Assembly: GCA_035400705.1 (NCBI GenBank)
Contig: DAOMZV010000002.1
Coordinates: 1-46,947, forward strand
Direction: 5' to 3'
Source of the DNA: Candidatus Magasanikiibacteriota bacterium
Lineage (GTDB): Bacteria; Patescibacteriota; Patescibacteriia; Magasanikbacterales; UBA10003
DNA: 46,947 bases
Shown here in pieces: positions 8,608 to 19,938 of this stretch. How positions within the stretch are numbered: position 1 is the first letter of the stretch; the number at the start of each line of letters is the position of its first letter. The notes under the pieces were generated by a model that saw only the letters and a program-made list of their open reading frames with translations, was not told the DNA's origin and did not search any database. Made by a program: the position numbers and the translations under genes.

Positions 8608-9449
8608 TAGTTTAAGAGATAGTCAATTTTTTGCCATTCAGTTTTACCTACATTTATTCCTAAGCGTTTTCCGTCGTGAGAATCCGAGCCATAAGTAATA
8701 GCTAATTTATATTTTTCCGCCAAAGGTAAAAGATGTTTTTTATTTTTCAAAAAGTTATGCGGCATTTCCATACCCCAAAGGCCGGCCTTGACTAAGAGGG
8801 GGATAATTTTTTGAGCCGTTTTGGACTCAGCCAGTTCTATATCTGGATGGGCCAAAGAAACCAGTCCACCACATTTTTTAATTAGTTCAATCGCAGCTAA
8901 AGAATTAAGACGCTGCTTTTTTAAATAGCCAATTTGGCCCGGACGATCTAAAAAAGAGCCAATAAAATCTGATAAATTGCCTTGCCAACCGTATTTATTT
9001 TTTAAAAGAGATAAATTTGCTTGTTCTTTTAAAATTGCGCGGGTAAATTGTGGTTTACCTGTATTTTTTTGGGAGAGCAATTGTTTTTCTGTGGTTTTAG
9101 TAATAACAAAATTTAGAGAGCGGAATCGTTTGATTAAAATTTTGGCTCGCTCCATTCTTTTAGCTTGTTGTTTTTTTAAGATAGCCAAAAGTTTAGGATC
9201 ATTAAAATTTTTTAAATAACCGACTAAGTGCATTTCCACTCCTCTGACAGCCGTGCTTAGTTCTAATCCAGGAATGGGTTCAATTTTATGTTGAGCACAA
9301 ATTTTAATAAAAGAGGGTAAGCCTATGGTAGTGTCATGATCAGTCAGGGCAAGAATTTTAACTTTTTTTCTTGCGGCTAATTTAACCAATTCTTCTACGG
9401 TTAGGAGTCCATCAGAACACTGGCTATGAGTGTGGAGATCAATCAGCAT
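8607..9449 (-). CDS. PHP-domain phosphoesterase (TrpH/YciV-like)
   Basis: IDLHTHSQCSDG, LTDHDT, ...AHP..., GSDSHD: the PHP metal-ligand pattern. Starts 1 nt after the upstream kinase stop. Confidence 0.8.
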   Translation of the reverse strand: MLIDLHTHSQCSDGLLTVEELVKLAARKKVKILALTDHDTTIGLPSFIKICAQHKIEPIPGLELSTAVRGVEMHLVGYLKNFNDPKLLAILKKQQAKRMERAKILIKRFRSLNFVITKTTEKQLLSQKNTGKPQFTRAILKEQANLSLLKNKYGWQGNLSDFIGSFLDRPGQIGYLKKQRLNSLAAIELIKKCGGLVSLAHPDIELAESKTAQKIIPLLVKAGLWGMEMPHNFLKNKKHLLPLAEKYKLAITYGSDSHDGKRLGINVGKTEWQKIDYLLN

Positions 9450-9450
9450 A

Positions 9451-10017
9451 TTAAGCTCGATATTTTTTAATCAAGTTATCCAGTTGCTCTTGTAGTTTAG
9501 TAAGCTGACCATTATTATCAATTTTTTCCGAGGTTTGTTTAATCACTTCCACAATTGATAGTTCTGTGGAACGTTGGTGATCGGCTAAAAATTGTTCATA
9601 AGTTTTGGTGTTATCATCAATATTTTCTCCTCGTTTAATTAAACGTTCATAGCGAATTTGTGGGTCAGCAAAAATTTCCACCAAAATGAAATTAGGCATT
9701 TTTTGCAGATAAGTAATATCGGCTAAACGACGAATTCCCTCCACAATAATTACGGGGTTAGGATTGTTAGCCACATCTTGAGCTATGGCTTTGGCCAAAA
9801 GATTTTCGCCAAAAATCCCGCGCAAATTTTCGGATAATTTAATCAGGTTGTCGCGCGTTTGTTCTTGATAAATTCGATTAAGAATATCTCTTAAAATGGT
9901 GGAAAAACGATAAGTTGAGGCTTGATATTTTTCTTCTAAATATTTAGCTGCTGTTCCTTTACCGCTAGCAAGTAGTCCAGTAAAACCTAGAATAATTTTT
10001 TTATCAAGATCTGACAT
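9451..10017 (-). CDS. Small P-loop nucleoside/nucleotide monophosphate kinase-like protein
   Basis: Walker A GLLASGKGT, VIIVEGIRR and a LID-like RLIKRGENIDD. Resembles the UPF0200/dNMP-kinase-like family. Substrate cannot be assigned. Confidence 0.65.
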   Translation of the reverse strand: MSDLDKKIILGFTGLLASGKGTAAKYLEEKYQASTYRFSTILRDILNRIYQEQTRDNLIKLSENLRGIFGENLLAKAIAQDVANNPNPVIIVEGIRRLADITYLQKMPNFILVEIFADPQIRYERLIKRGENIDDNTKTYEQFLADHQRSTELSIVEVIKQTSEKIDNNGQLTKLQEQLDNLIKKYRA

Positions 10018-10023
10018 AAAAAT

Positions 10024-10560
10024 TTATTTAGCACCTTTCATTTTGACATAACCTTCATTAGCATGAACTTCGGTAATATTATTTTTAAAAATTTCTTGGA
10101 TTCGTTTTAGCCACTCAGGATTTTCTTGGTATTGTTCAATAACCACGTTGGCTTTTTTTAGATAGTCAATTACTTCAGGATTGCGGTAAATTTGTCCGTA
10201 AACAACTCTTTTAACTCCAGCCGCCACGAGATATTTTGAACAATGGATACAAGGAGAACTGACGGTGTAGAGGGTGGTGCCTTCCGTAGAAGCTCCTTGA
10301 AGTCTGGCAACTTGCAGTAAAGTATTATGTTCAGAATGAATGGTTCTGACGCAATGACCGTCCTCTAATAGGTGACCAACTTCATCGCAACTAGGTAATC
10401 CTGGGGGCGCGCCATTGTAGCCAGTGGCAATAATGCGTTTGTCTTTAACTAGGACCGCACCAGCGTGAAGTCTATCACAATTAGAACGAGTGGCGGTAAT
10501 TCTAGCCATGGCCATAAAGTATTCGTCCCAACTGGGGCGGGAAAAGGTTTTTTCAGTCAT
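10024..10560 (-). CDS. comEB: Deoxycytidylate (dCMP) deaminase
   Basis: Zinc-dependent cytidine/deoxycytidylate deaminase signature HSEHN ... PCIHCSKY. N-terminal WDEYFM...A..S.C typical of dCMP deaminases. Confidence 0.85.
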   Translation of the reverse strand: MTEKTFSRPSWDEYFMAMARITATRSNCDRLHAGAVLVKDKRIIATGYNGAPPGLPSCDEVGHLLEDGHCVRTIHSEHNTLLQVARLQGASTEGTTLYTVSSPCIHCSKYLVAAGVKRVVYGQIYRNPEVIDYLKKANVVIEQYQENPEWLKRIQEIFKNNITEVHANEGYVKMKGAK

Positions 10561-10580
10561 AAATTTGATATTTTGGTTTA

Positions 10581-10603
10581 ATAAAAAGCGGGGTGTTCCC
10601 GCT
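10581..10603 (-). terminator. Intrinsic terminator (or attenuating hairpin) between rplA and comEB
   Basis: Minus strand reads AGCGGG-AACAC-CCCGCU followed by UUUUUAUUAAA. Confidence 0.55.
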
Positions 10604-10637
10604 CTTTATTATAACTTGATCAAGCTAGTTTGTAAAA

Positions 10638-11318
10638 TTAAACAACAGAGATTTTGATACCTGGACCCATAGTGGAGGTAAGAGTAGCATTTTTGATGTA
10701 AGTACCTTTAGAAGAAGACGGTTTGCTTTTTTTAATTACATCGATGATGGCCTGTAGGTTGGCTAAAATTTTTTCTTTGTCAAAAGAAACTTTACCAACC
10801 GCAATGTGTATGTTAGCGGTTTCATCATTTTTAAAAGCCAACTTACCTTTCTTTAATTCCTCGATAATTTTTTTGATGTTAGGACTAACAGTTTCTGTTT
10901 TAGGATTAGGCATTAAACCCTTAGGACCTAAAATTTTAGCAATTTTAGCTAATTTAGGCATCATGGAAGGAGTAGCAACAGCTACATCAAAATTGATTTT
11001 TTGAGTTTTAGCAATTTCATCAATCATTTCTTCTCCGCCGACCATATCTGCACCGGCAGATTTAGCGGTTTCTTCATTGTTGGTGTCAACAAAGGCAGCT
11101 ACAATTTTGGATTTACCAAAAGAATTAGGCAAAACAATCGTGCCGCGAATTTGTTCCTCACCTTTTTTAGGATCAATGCCCAAGCGAAGATGAAGTTCAA
11201 TGGTAGCATCAAATTTAGCACCGGAAGTTTTTTTAACTAATTCGATGGCTTCGTCTAACGAGTAGCTTTTTTTATTTTCTACCTGTTGTTTAAGTTTGAG
11301 ATATTTTTGACTGCGCAT
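10638..11318 (-). CDS. rplA: 50S ribosomal protein L1
   Basis: 226 aa, full-length L1 pattern (KFDATIELHLRLGIDPKK, GTIVLPN, VGKVSF). Confidence 0.95.
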   Translation of the reverse strand: MRSQKYLKLKQQVENKKSYSLDEAIELVKKTSGAKFDATIELHLRLGIDPKKGEEQIRGTIVLPNSFGKSKIVAAFVDTNNEETAKSAGADMVGGEEMIDEIAKTQKINFDVAVATPSMMPKLAKIAKILGPKGLMPNPKTETVSPNIKKIIEELKKGKLAFKNDETANIHIAVGKVSFDKEKILANLQAIIDVIKKSKPSSSKGTYIKNATLTSTMGPGIKISVV

Positions 11319-11330
11319 ATATTTGCGTTT

Positions 11331-11366
11331 GTGGTTTTAATGATGGTGTTTCATCCCATCTCCCAC
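11331..11366 (-). promoter_or_regulatory. Structured rplA leader, possible L1-binding rRNA mimic
   Basis: Minus-strand RNA reads GUGG-GA-GAUGG-GAUGAAACA-CCAUC-AUUAAAA-CCAC. This is two stacked helices with an asymmetric internal loop, 12 nt upstream of the rplA ATG. Confidence 0.35.
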
Positions 11367-11375
11367 ATAATTTAG

Positions 11376-11726
11376 TTAGTTTTCTTTTTCTTTTTTAGTT
11401 AAGCGCCAATGAAAGAGGAAGAGAGGTAAGGCAACTAGGATCATAGAAAAAGATCTGACCGCCTCTGATTGTTTCTGAACTTGGTAACGGTTTTCTTGCT
11501 CTTGTTTCAATCGTGCCTTATCTTCTTCAGTGTAGGCAAGATTGGTTTTGGGGTTAACTATTTCAGAATAAATCTCGTAGTATTCGGGGCGATCTGCTTT
11601 AGTAAAAACCCAAGTTTTTAGTGTTAAATTAATTAACGTAACAGCAGAAATAATTATCATTACTAAGGTAATTAAAGATACGGCGTAAAGATAAATTGTG
11701 CGAATGAGTTGAGATTTAGAGAGCAT
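11376..11726 (-). CDS. Small two-TM membrane protein inserted between rplK and rplA
   Basis: 116 aa from ATG 11726 (MLSKSQLIRTIYLYAVSLITLVMII...). The ORF-track start at 11816 would overlap rplK. Two hydrophobic helices flank a charged loop. Confidence 0.5.
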   Translation of the reverse strand: MLSKSQLIRTIYLYAVSLITLVMIIISAVTLINLTLKTWVFTKADRPEYYEIYSEIVNPKTNLAYTEEDKARLKQEQENRYQVQKQSEAVRSFSMILVALPLFLFHWRLTKKEKEN

Positions 11727-11743
11727 AGTTAAATGATTATTTT

Positions 11744-12166
11744 TTAAACTACAGTTAAACCCATTTGTTTGGCAGTGCCTTCTACCATTTTCATAGCCGA
11801 TTCGACTGAAACACAATTTAAGTCAGGCAATTTTTTTTCGGCAATTTCTTTAACTTGAGCCTTGGTAACTTTACCCACTTTTTCTTGCAAGGGTTTGCCA
11901 GAACCCTTGGTAATACCAGCGGCTTTTTTTAATAATTCTGCTACTGGAGGAGTTTTGGTAATGAAAGTGTAGGTTCTATCTTCATAAACGGTGATTTCTA
12001 CTGGAGTAATTTCGCCCATTTTATCTTTGGTGGCCGCATTAAATTTTTGACAAAATTCGGCAATGTTTAAAGCGTGCTGACCTAGAGCTGGACCGATTGG
12101 AGGTGCTGGATTAGCTTGACCAGCAGGGATCTGCAATTTGATCAAGGTTTTAATTTTTTTAGCCAT
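11744..12166 (-). CDS. rplK: 50S ribosomal protein L11
   Basis: 140 aa. [26 protein letters not shown] is the hallmark L11 N-terminus. Confidence 0.95.
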   Translation of the reverse strand: MAKKIKTLIKLQIPAGQANPAPPIGPALGQHALNIAEFCQKFNAATKDKMGEITPVEITVYEDRTYTFITKTPPVAELLKKAAGITKGSGKPLQEKVGKVTKAQVKEIAEKKLPDLNCVSVESAMKMVEGTAKQMGLTVV

Positions 12167-12178
12167 ATAATTAGTTAG

Positions 12179-12209
12179 AGCGGCGAGAAGCAGCTTGAGA
12201 GCCGCCGCT
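12179..12209 (-). other. GC-rich hairpin in the rpsB-rplK junction
   Basis: AGCGGCG-N17-CGCCGCU (7 bp). There is no U-tract after it on the minus strand. It ends 13 nt upstream of the rplK ATG. Confidence 0.35.
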
Positions 12210-12222
12210 GGTTGATTATTAA

Positions 12223-12993
12223 TTATTCATTGAAAATTCTAGCCACGGTTTCTTTCTTTTTTCCTTCGGTGGCAGTTTCCTTAACAGTCGGAGTGACAGT
12301 TAAATTAGCTCGGCCTTCAGCAATTGCTTCGGTGGCCAGTTTAACTAACATTTCAATAGAATTGGTAGCATCATCATTAGCTGGAATAGGATAGTCAACT
12401 TTTTCTGGGTTAGTGTTGCTGTCGCAAAAAGCCACAATCTTGGTGCCGGTTTTTTGGGCTTCTTCAAAAGCGGTTTTTTCAATTTTTAAGTCAACAATAA
12501 AGACAATGTCAGGACGTTTATCCATTTTTTCAATACTACCTAAATATTTATCCAATTTTTCTAATTCTTTCATTAAATGCACCTGTTCTTTTTTAGTGTA
12601 TTTAGTGATTTCATTAGTTTCCTTTAAAGTTTTTAACTTTTTGTATTTTTTGAACAAGGTTTGATGAATTTCGTCAAAATTAGTTAACAAACCACCCAAC
12701 CAGCGCTCGGTAATAAAGGGGATACCGGCTTCCTCAGCATATTTTTTAATAATCGGTTTGGCTTGTTCTTTGGTACCGATAAATAAAATAGTGCGGTTTT
12801 GAGAAGCGGCATTCTTTAAATATTCTAAAGCCTCGGCTAATTTAGCCTGAGTTTGTTCCAAATCAAAGATATGAATATTATTTCTTTGGGTAAAAATAAA
12901 AGGCGCCATTTTGGGGTGCCACTTGTTAGACTGGTGGCCAAAATGAACACCAGCTTTAAGCATATCTAAAATTGAAGGTATCTTGTAAGACAT
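12223..12993 (-). CDS. rpsB: 30S ribosomal protein S2
   Basis: 256 aa. [19 protein letters not shown] and ILFIGTK match S2 core motifs. SD AAGGAG lies upstream. Confidence 0.95.
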   Translation of the reverse strand: MSYKIPSILDMLKAGVHFGHQSNKWHPKMAPFIFTQRNNIHIFDLEQTQAKLAEALEYLKNAASQNRTILFIGTKEQAKPIIKKYAEEAGIPFITERWLGGLLTNFDEIHQTLFKKYKKLKTLKETNEITKYTKKEQVHLMKELEKLDKYLGSIEKMDKRPDIVFIVDLKIEKTAFEEAQKTGTKIVAFCDSNTNPEKVDYPIPANDDATNSIEMLVKLATEAIAEGRANLTVTPTVKETATEGKKKETVARIFNE

Positions 12994-13126
12994 AAATATT
13001 CTCCTTTTATCGCCGTTGTTTTAAAGCAACGTGCGTCCACTCATCCCATATCTTTTAGGCCCCTTTTAATTAGGGGAGGAGTAAAAGATAAGAAGCTGGG
13101 AGAGCTGTGATAAATTAAATTAATGT
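12994..13126 (-). promoter_or_regulatory. Long (~130 nt) rpsB 5' leader with hairpins and an anti-SD-like CUCCUCCCC
   Basis: The leader contains CCCC-UAAUUAAAA-GGGG and CGUUG-CUUUAAAA-CAACG hairpins. CUCCUCCCC (rc of 13073-13081) is complementary to the rpsB SD AGGAG (rc of 13001-13005). Confidence 0.35.
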
Positions 13127-13132
13127 GACCTT

Positions 13133-13162
13133 AGTATAACAAAGTTGAGCTAAACTTGTCAA
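13133..13162 (-). promoter_or_regulatory. Candidate promoter for rpsB(-rplK-rplA)
   Basis: Minus strand reads TTGACA-18 nt-TATACT. Confidence 0.6.
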
Positions 13163-13187
13163 GAGTGCCGTGGAGGCTAGTTTAGGT

Positions 13188-13217
13188 TATAAAAAAGGCC
13201 CCCGGAGACCGGGGGCT
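13188..13217 (-). terminator. Intrinsic terminator after purA
   Basis: Minus-strand RNA reads GCCCCCGG-UCU-CCGGGGGC followed by CUUUUUUAUAACC. Confidence 0.8.
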
Positions 13218-13222
13218 GTTGG

Positions 13223-14548
<1,326 letters not shown>

Positions 14549-14584
14549 TTACCCCAAGATTTAAAGAGCAGAGAAACCTAAAAT

Positions 14585-14612
14585 ATTTTACTCTTTTTTA
14601 TTTTTTAGTCAA
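14585..14612 (-). promoter_or_regulatory. Candidate promoter for purA
   Basis: Minus strand reads TTGACT-16 nt-TAAAAT, immediately downstream of the gyrB terminator. Confidence 0.5.
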
Positions 14613-14644
14613 TAAAAAAAAATCCACTTATAGGGAAGTGGATT
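14611..14644 (-). terminator. Intrinsic terminator after gyrB
   Basis: 9-bp stem AAUCCACUU-CCCUAU-AAGUGGAUU followed by a U-run (UUUUUUUAUU) on the minus strand. Confidence 0.75.
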
Positions 14645-14659
14645 TTTAAAATAGGGTAA

Positions 14660-16753
<2,094 letters not shown>

Positions 16754-16755
16754 TT

Positions 16756-16784
16756 ATTATAACAAGTTTTAAGGAAAGAAGCAA
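16756..16784 (-). promoter_or_regulatory. Candidate promoter for gyrB
   Basis: Minus strand reads TTGCTT-17 nt-(TGt)TATAAT. Confidence 0.55.
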
Positions 16785-16813
16785 TGATTTTATTGTCTTT
16801 GACAATTGGAGAT

Positions 16814-16842
16814 TTGACTTTTTTTCTTTGCTCTGCTAGACT
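16814..16842 (+). promoter_or_regulatory. Candidate promoter for the 16886 paralog
   Basis: TTGACT-17 nt-TAGACT. Confidence 0.5.
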
Positions 16843-16885
16843 TTGTTTTTAATAGTTATTTGTCAATTCAATCAAAGGGGAAAAA

Positions 16886-17428
16886 ATGGGAACAACAGGA
16901 ACAGCTACAACGATTTCTACCATTGAAAGTAACAACTGGTCACGGTGTTGCGTTAAGCCGTTTGTGACCGATGCGAAATTCTTTATCGAAAATGGAACTA
17001 AATTGGTCAATCAGGAGGAGCTTAATCACTTGATTGATTGCGACGCCGATCCTTTAGTGCCGCGAGACTGGAAGGTTCATTCTCATCGGCGTCGGGGTAT
17101 GTTAGGCTGGAATCCACAAAAAATTAAGTTGTTTTTTGCTCCGGAGCAGACAGGCAGTTCAACCATTGAAGGTCTGGAACTTTTTAAGCGTTTACGAACT
17201 GAGAGAGTTCTTAATGCCAATGTTCTGGATTATTTACTACAACATCGGGAGCTTATTCCTGAAGAATGGAAGGATTATACAGTGTATTTTTGGGGGACTG
17301 TGTATATCCGGTGCGGTGAATTAGTAGTTCGCTGTTTGTTTTGGAACGGTTTTAATTGGTTAGAAGACTTTGATACGTTGGATCTGAGTTGGAACGACGA
17401 AGAACCAACAGTAATTTACCAGCCCTAA
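16886..17428 (+). CDS. Hypothetical protein, short member of a two-copy paralog family (shares a C-terminal module with 27859-28824)
   Basis: 180 aa. LIDCDADPLVP...WNPQKIKL...RVLNANVLDYLLQHRELIPEEWKDYTVYFWGTVY aligns with the C-terminal ~150 aa of the 27859 gene. SD-like AAAGGGG lies upstream. Confidence 0.6.
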   Translation: MGTTGTATTISTIESNNWSRCCVKPFVTDAKFFIENGTKLVNQEELNHLIDCDADPLVPRDWKVHSHRRRGMLGWNPQKIKLFFAPEQTGSSTIEGLELFKRLRTERVLNANVLDYLLQHRELIPEEWKDYTVYFWGTVYIRCGELVVRCLFWNGFNWLEDFDTLDLSWNDEEPTVIYQP

Positions 17429-17431
17429 CCT

Positions 17432-17484
17432 AAGACTCTTGTCTAGCCAGAATAACTTCTGCGTTCGGCAAGAGTCTTTTTTAT
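17432..17484 (+). terminator. Intrinsic terminator after the 16886 gene
   Basis: 10-bp stem AAGACTCTTG...CAAGAGTCTT with an internal CAGAA-TAAC-TTCTG sub-hairpin, followed by TTTTTTATT. Confidence 0.7.
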
Positions 17485-17496
17485 TATTTTTGATTT

Positions 17497-17505
17497 TGTT
17501 ATAAT
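17497..17505 (+). promoter_or_regulatory. Extended -10 promoter element (TGtTATAAT)
   Basis: TGTTATAAT lies 11 nt upstream of ATG 17517. No clear -35. Confidence 0.45.
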
Positions 17506-17516
17506 AATTGTAGATT

Positions 17517-18362
17517 ATGACTGATCAATTTGAAAAATTAAATGGCACTGGAGAAGAGCTAACTGAAAAGCAGTTGAAATGGGGCTATTGGTTAACAGTG
17601 AATCGGCCGAACTTTTATAAAGGTTTGATTATTTTTTTAATTGTCTTTAATGTTTTGCTCGGTGGTTATAACTTATATTATTGGGGCAATTATTTATTCT
17701 TTGGTTACACTGAAGACCAAAAAATGTTAACGGCTTTGCGTTCTAATGTTTCTCGTTCTGCCAATTTATTAGAGAGATTTAGTGCCAAATCTTTAACTGT
17801 GGGTGGAGTTACTTCTTTTGCGGTGGGAGATAAAATTGATGCGTTGGCTCTAATTTCCAATCCTAACTCTTCTTTTATTGCCAATATCGAATATACCTTT
17901 TTATTAAATGGCCAGACCGTAGGCAGACGTCAGTCTTTTGTTTTGCCAGGAGAAAATAAATATTTGGCCGAGCTGGGTATTAAAGGTGGAGGCTCAATCG
18001 GTTTCAATTTAGTGAAAGTTTCATGGCAAAGAATTTCTTCTACTAAAATTAACAATCCGGCTAGTTTTAAAGATACTCATTTGCAATTTGAAGTTTTTGA
18101 TTTTAAGTATGCTAATAGTGGTTTTTATCGGGTGAGTTTTAATTTAAAAAATAGTTCAGTTTATAATTTTTATCGGGCCGAGTTTTTAATTTTATTAAAA
18201 AACTACGAAAATATTGTTGGAGTGGAAAAAATTGTTGTTGATAATTTTCAATCCGAAGAAGTTCGTCCGATAGAAGTGGTAGTTAGTTCTGGAATAAATC
18301 CTAATAGTTTGCAACTGGTGCCTAATATTAATGTATTTGACGACTCAGTTTACTCTAGATAA
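17517..18362 (+). CDS. Membrane-anchored hypothetical protein (N-terminal TM, beta-rich exterior domain)
   Basis: 281-aa ORF. Hydrophobic segment LIIFLIVFNVLLGGYNLYYW. No recognisable motif. Directly upstream of the SEDS gene. Confidence 0.55.
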   Translation: MTDQFEKLNGTGEELTEKQLKWGYWLTVNRPNFYKGLIIFLIVFNVLLGGYNLYYWGNYLFFGYTEDQKMLTALRSNVSRSANLLERFSAKSLTVGGVTSFAVGDKIDALALISNPNSSFIANIEYTFLLNGQTVGRRQSFVLPGENKYLAELGIKGGGSIGFNLVKVSWQRISSTKINNPASFKDTHLQFEVFDFKYANSGFYRVSFNLKNSSVYNFYRAEFLILLKNYENIVGVEKIVVDNFQSEEVRPIEVVVSSGINPNSLQLVPNINVFDDSVYSR

Positions 18363-18394
18363 AATGCGATAGACGGTTTATTAGCTATTTGACT

Positions 18395-19492
18395 ATGCCT
18401 CATCGCAGGTTTTCTAAAATCATTGAATATTATGATTGGTGGCTTATTGCCGCTGTTTTTTTATTGTCTCTTTTTGGTTTAGCCGCCCTGTATAGTGTGG
18501 GCCTCGGTCGGTCTGAAACTAATTTTTTAGAATTTAAAAAGCAGTTGGTTTTTTTACTTGCTGGTCTGGGTTTGGCCTTGGGAGTGGGGCGGATGAATTT
18601 TTCTTTTTTTCGAACCTATGCTAAACCGTTTTACTTTTTTTCCCTACTCTTGCTTATTGGGGTGTTATTTTTTGGCCGAGTAATTAATGGGACTAAAGGT
18701 TGGTTTGTGTTCGGCAGTTTTTCTTTTCAACCCGTGGAGTTAGCCAAGGTGGCTGTGGTTTTAATTTTAGCCCTTTTTGCCAGTCAAAAGGCTAGAAGTT
18801 TTAAGACTGGAGGTTTTTTTGTCGGGACTATTTTTTTAATTGCCTTGCCCGCCAGTTTGGTTTTGCTGCAACCAGATTTGGGTTCATCGTTAATTATTGG
18901 CGGTATTTGGTTAATGACTATTTTAGCCGCCGGAGTACGTAAGCGTTATTTATTAGGTCTTTTAGTGTGTCTGGTTATTGGTTTTTTTGTGGCTTGGTCT
19001 TTTTTATTTAAAGATTATCAACGCGATCGTTTTTTAACTTTTGTTAATCCTTATCATGATCCTTATGGTCGTGGCTACAACGTGATTCAGTCAATTATCG
19101 CTGTTGGCTCGGGACAATTTTTAGGTCGGGGGCTGGGCTTTGGGTCGCAAAGTCAATTACGTTTTTTGCCGGAAAATCAAACTGATTTTATTTTTGCGGT
19201 TATTGGTGAAGAGTTAGGTTTTGTTGGTGTGTCCTTTGTTTTAATTTTATACAGTTTATTATTTTATCGTTTACTGTTAATTGCTTTAAAAACTACTGAT
19301 GATTTTGTGCTCTTTTCTTCTTTAGGTATTTTGGCTTTATTTTTCTGTCATTTTTTGATTAATATTGGAATGAATATTGGCATTATGCCAGTGACAGGTA
19401 TTACTCTGCCATTTTTAAGCGCAGGTGGTTCATCTTTATTAATTAATTTTTTATTGATTGGGCTAGCCGAATCTTTAGCTAGAGCAAGATAG
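18395..19492 (+). CDS. SEDS-family peptidoglycan polymerase (FtsW/RodA/SpoVE)
   Basis: About 10 TM segments. Motifs QPVELAKV, LLQPDLGS, ENQTDFIFAVIGEELGF and PFLSAGGSS. ATG 18395 is preferred over the ORF-track TTG at 18389. Confidence 0.85.
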   Translation: MPHRRFSKIIEYYDWWLIAAVFLLSLFGLAALYSVGLGRSETNFLEFKKQLVFLLAGLGLALGVGRMNFSFFRTYAKPFYFFSLLLLIGVLFFGRVINGTKGWFVFGSFSFQPVELAKVAVVLILALFASQKARSFKTGGFFVGTIFLIALPASLVLLQPDLGSSLIIGGIWLMTILAAGVRKRYLLGLLVCLVIGFFVAWSFLFKDYQRDRFLTFVNPYHDPYGRGYNVIQSIIAVGSGQFLGRGLGFGSQSQLRFLPENQTDFIFAVIGEELGFVGVSFVLILYSLLFYRLLLIALKTTDDFVLFSSLGILALFFCHFLINIGMNIGIMPVTGITLPFLSAGGSSLLINFLLIGLAESLARAR

Positions 19493-19509
19493 ATAATATT
19501 TTTTTATTT

Positions 19510-19518
19510 TGTTATAAT
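19510..19518 (+). promoter_or_regulatory. Extended -10 promoter element (TGtTATAAT)
   Basis: Same TTTTGTTATAATAA string as at 17495. The -10 ends 8 nt before ATG 19527. Confidence 0.45.
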
Positions 19519-19526
19519 AAGGATAT

Positions 19527-19883
19527 ATGCAGAACCTCTCTTCTTTTTTTGATGAAGGCATAAAAATTATCAGTTTTTGTCCTTTATGTCAGGCCAAGCA
19601 GGAAAAAATGTCGGTTAATATTCTTGAAAAAAATGAAACTGCTAGACTGATTCATTTGGTTTGCCAAAATTGTCAGGCCGCAGTTTTAGCTTTGGTAACA
19701 ATTTCACCAGCCGGGCTTAATTCTTTGGGAATGATTACCGATTTATCAGCTGGTGAAGTACTAAAATTTAAAGACAACGGTCCTTTAGAGGCCGATGATG
19801 TGCTTAGTTTTTATCAAAGTCAAAAAAAGAATAAATTCTGGCTAAAAGAGTTATTAAATGAGCCTGTGGGAGAAAAGGCTTGA
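19527..19883 (+). CDS. Small zinc-ribbon hypothetical protein
   Basis: 118 aa with CPLC...(22 aa)...CQNC. Confidence 0.5.
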   Translation: MQNLSSFFDEGIKIISFCPLCQAKQEKMSVNILEKNETARLIHLVCQNCQAAVLALVTISPAGLNSLGMITDLSAGEVLKFKDNGPLEADDVLSFYQSQKKNKFWLKELLNEPVGEKA

Positions 19884-19901
19884 CTTAAAAGCGTTTTTAC
19901 T

Positions 19902-19932
19902 ATAAACTAGGGTTACTCTTAGTTTATTTTTA
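19902..19932 (+). terminator. AT-rich hairpin plus T-run (terminator of 19527 gene or rplY leader hairpin)
   Basis: ATAAACTA-N10-TAGTTTAT followed by TTTTATT. Weak because the stem is nearly all A/T. Confidence 0.4.
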
Positions 19933-19938
19933 TTAAAT

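Noticed and set aside
10616-10625. A CTTGATCAAG palindrome and a TATAAT-like string upstream of the rplA-comEB hairpin.
   Set aside because: It is only 10 nt. The palindrome sits too close to the TATAAT-like string to act as its -35. It lies upstream of a terminator-like hairpin and is not convincing as a promoter or operator.
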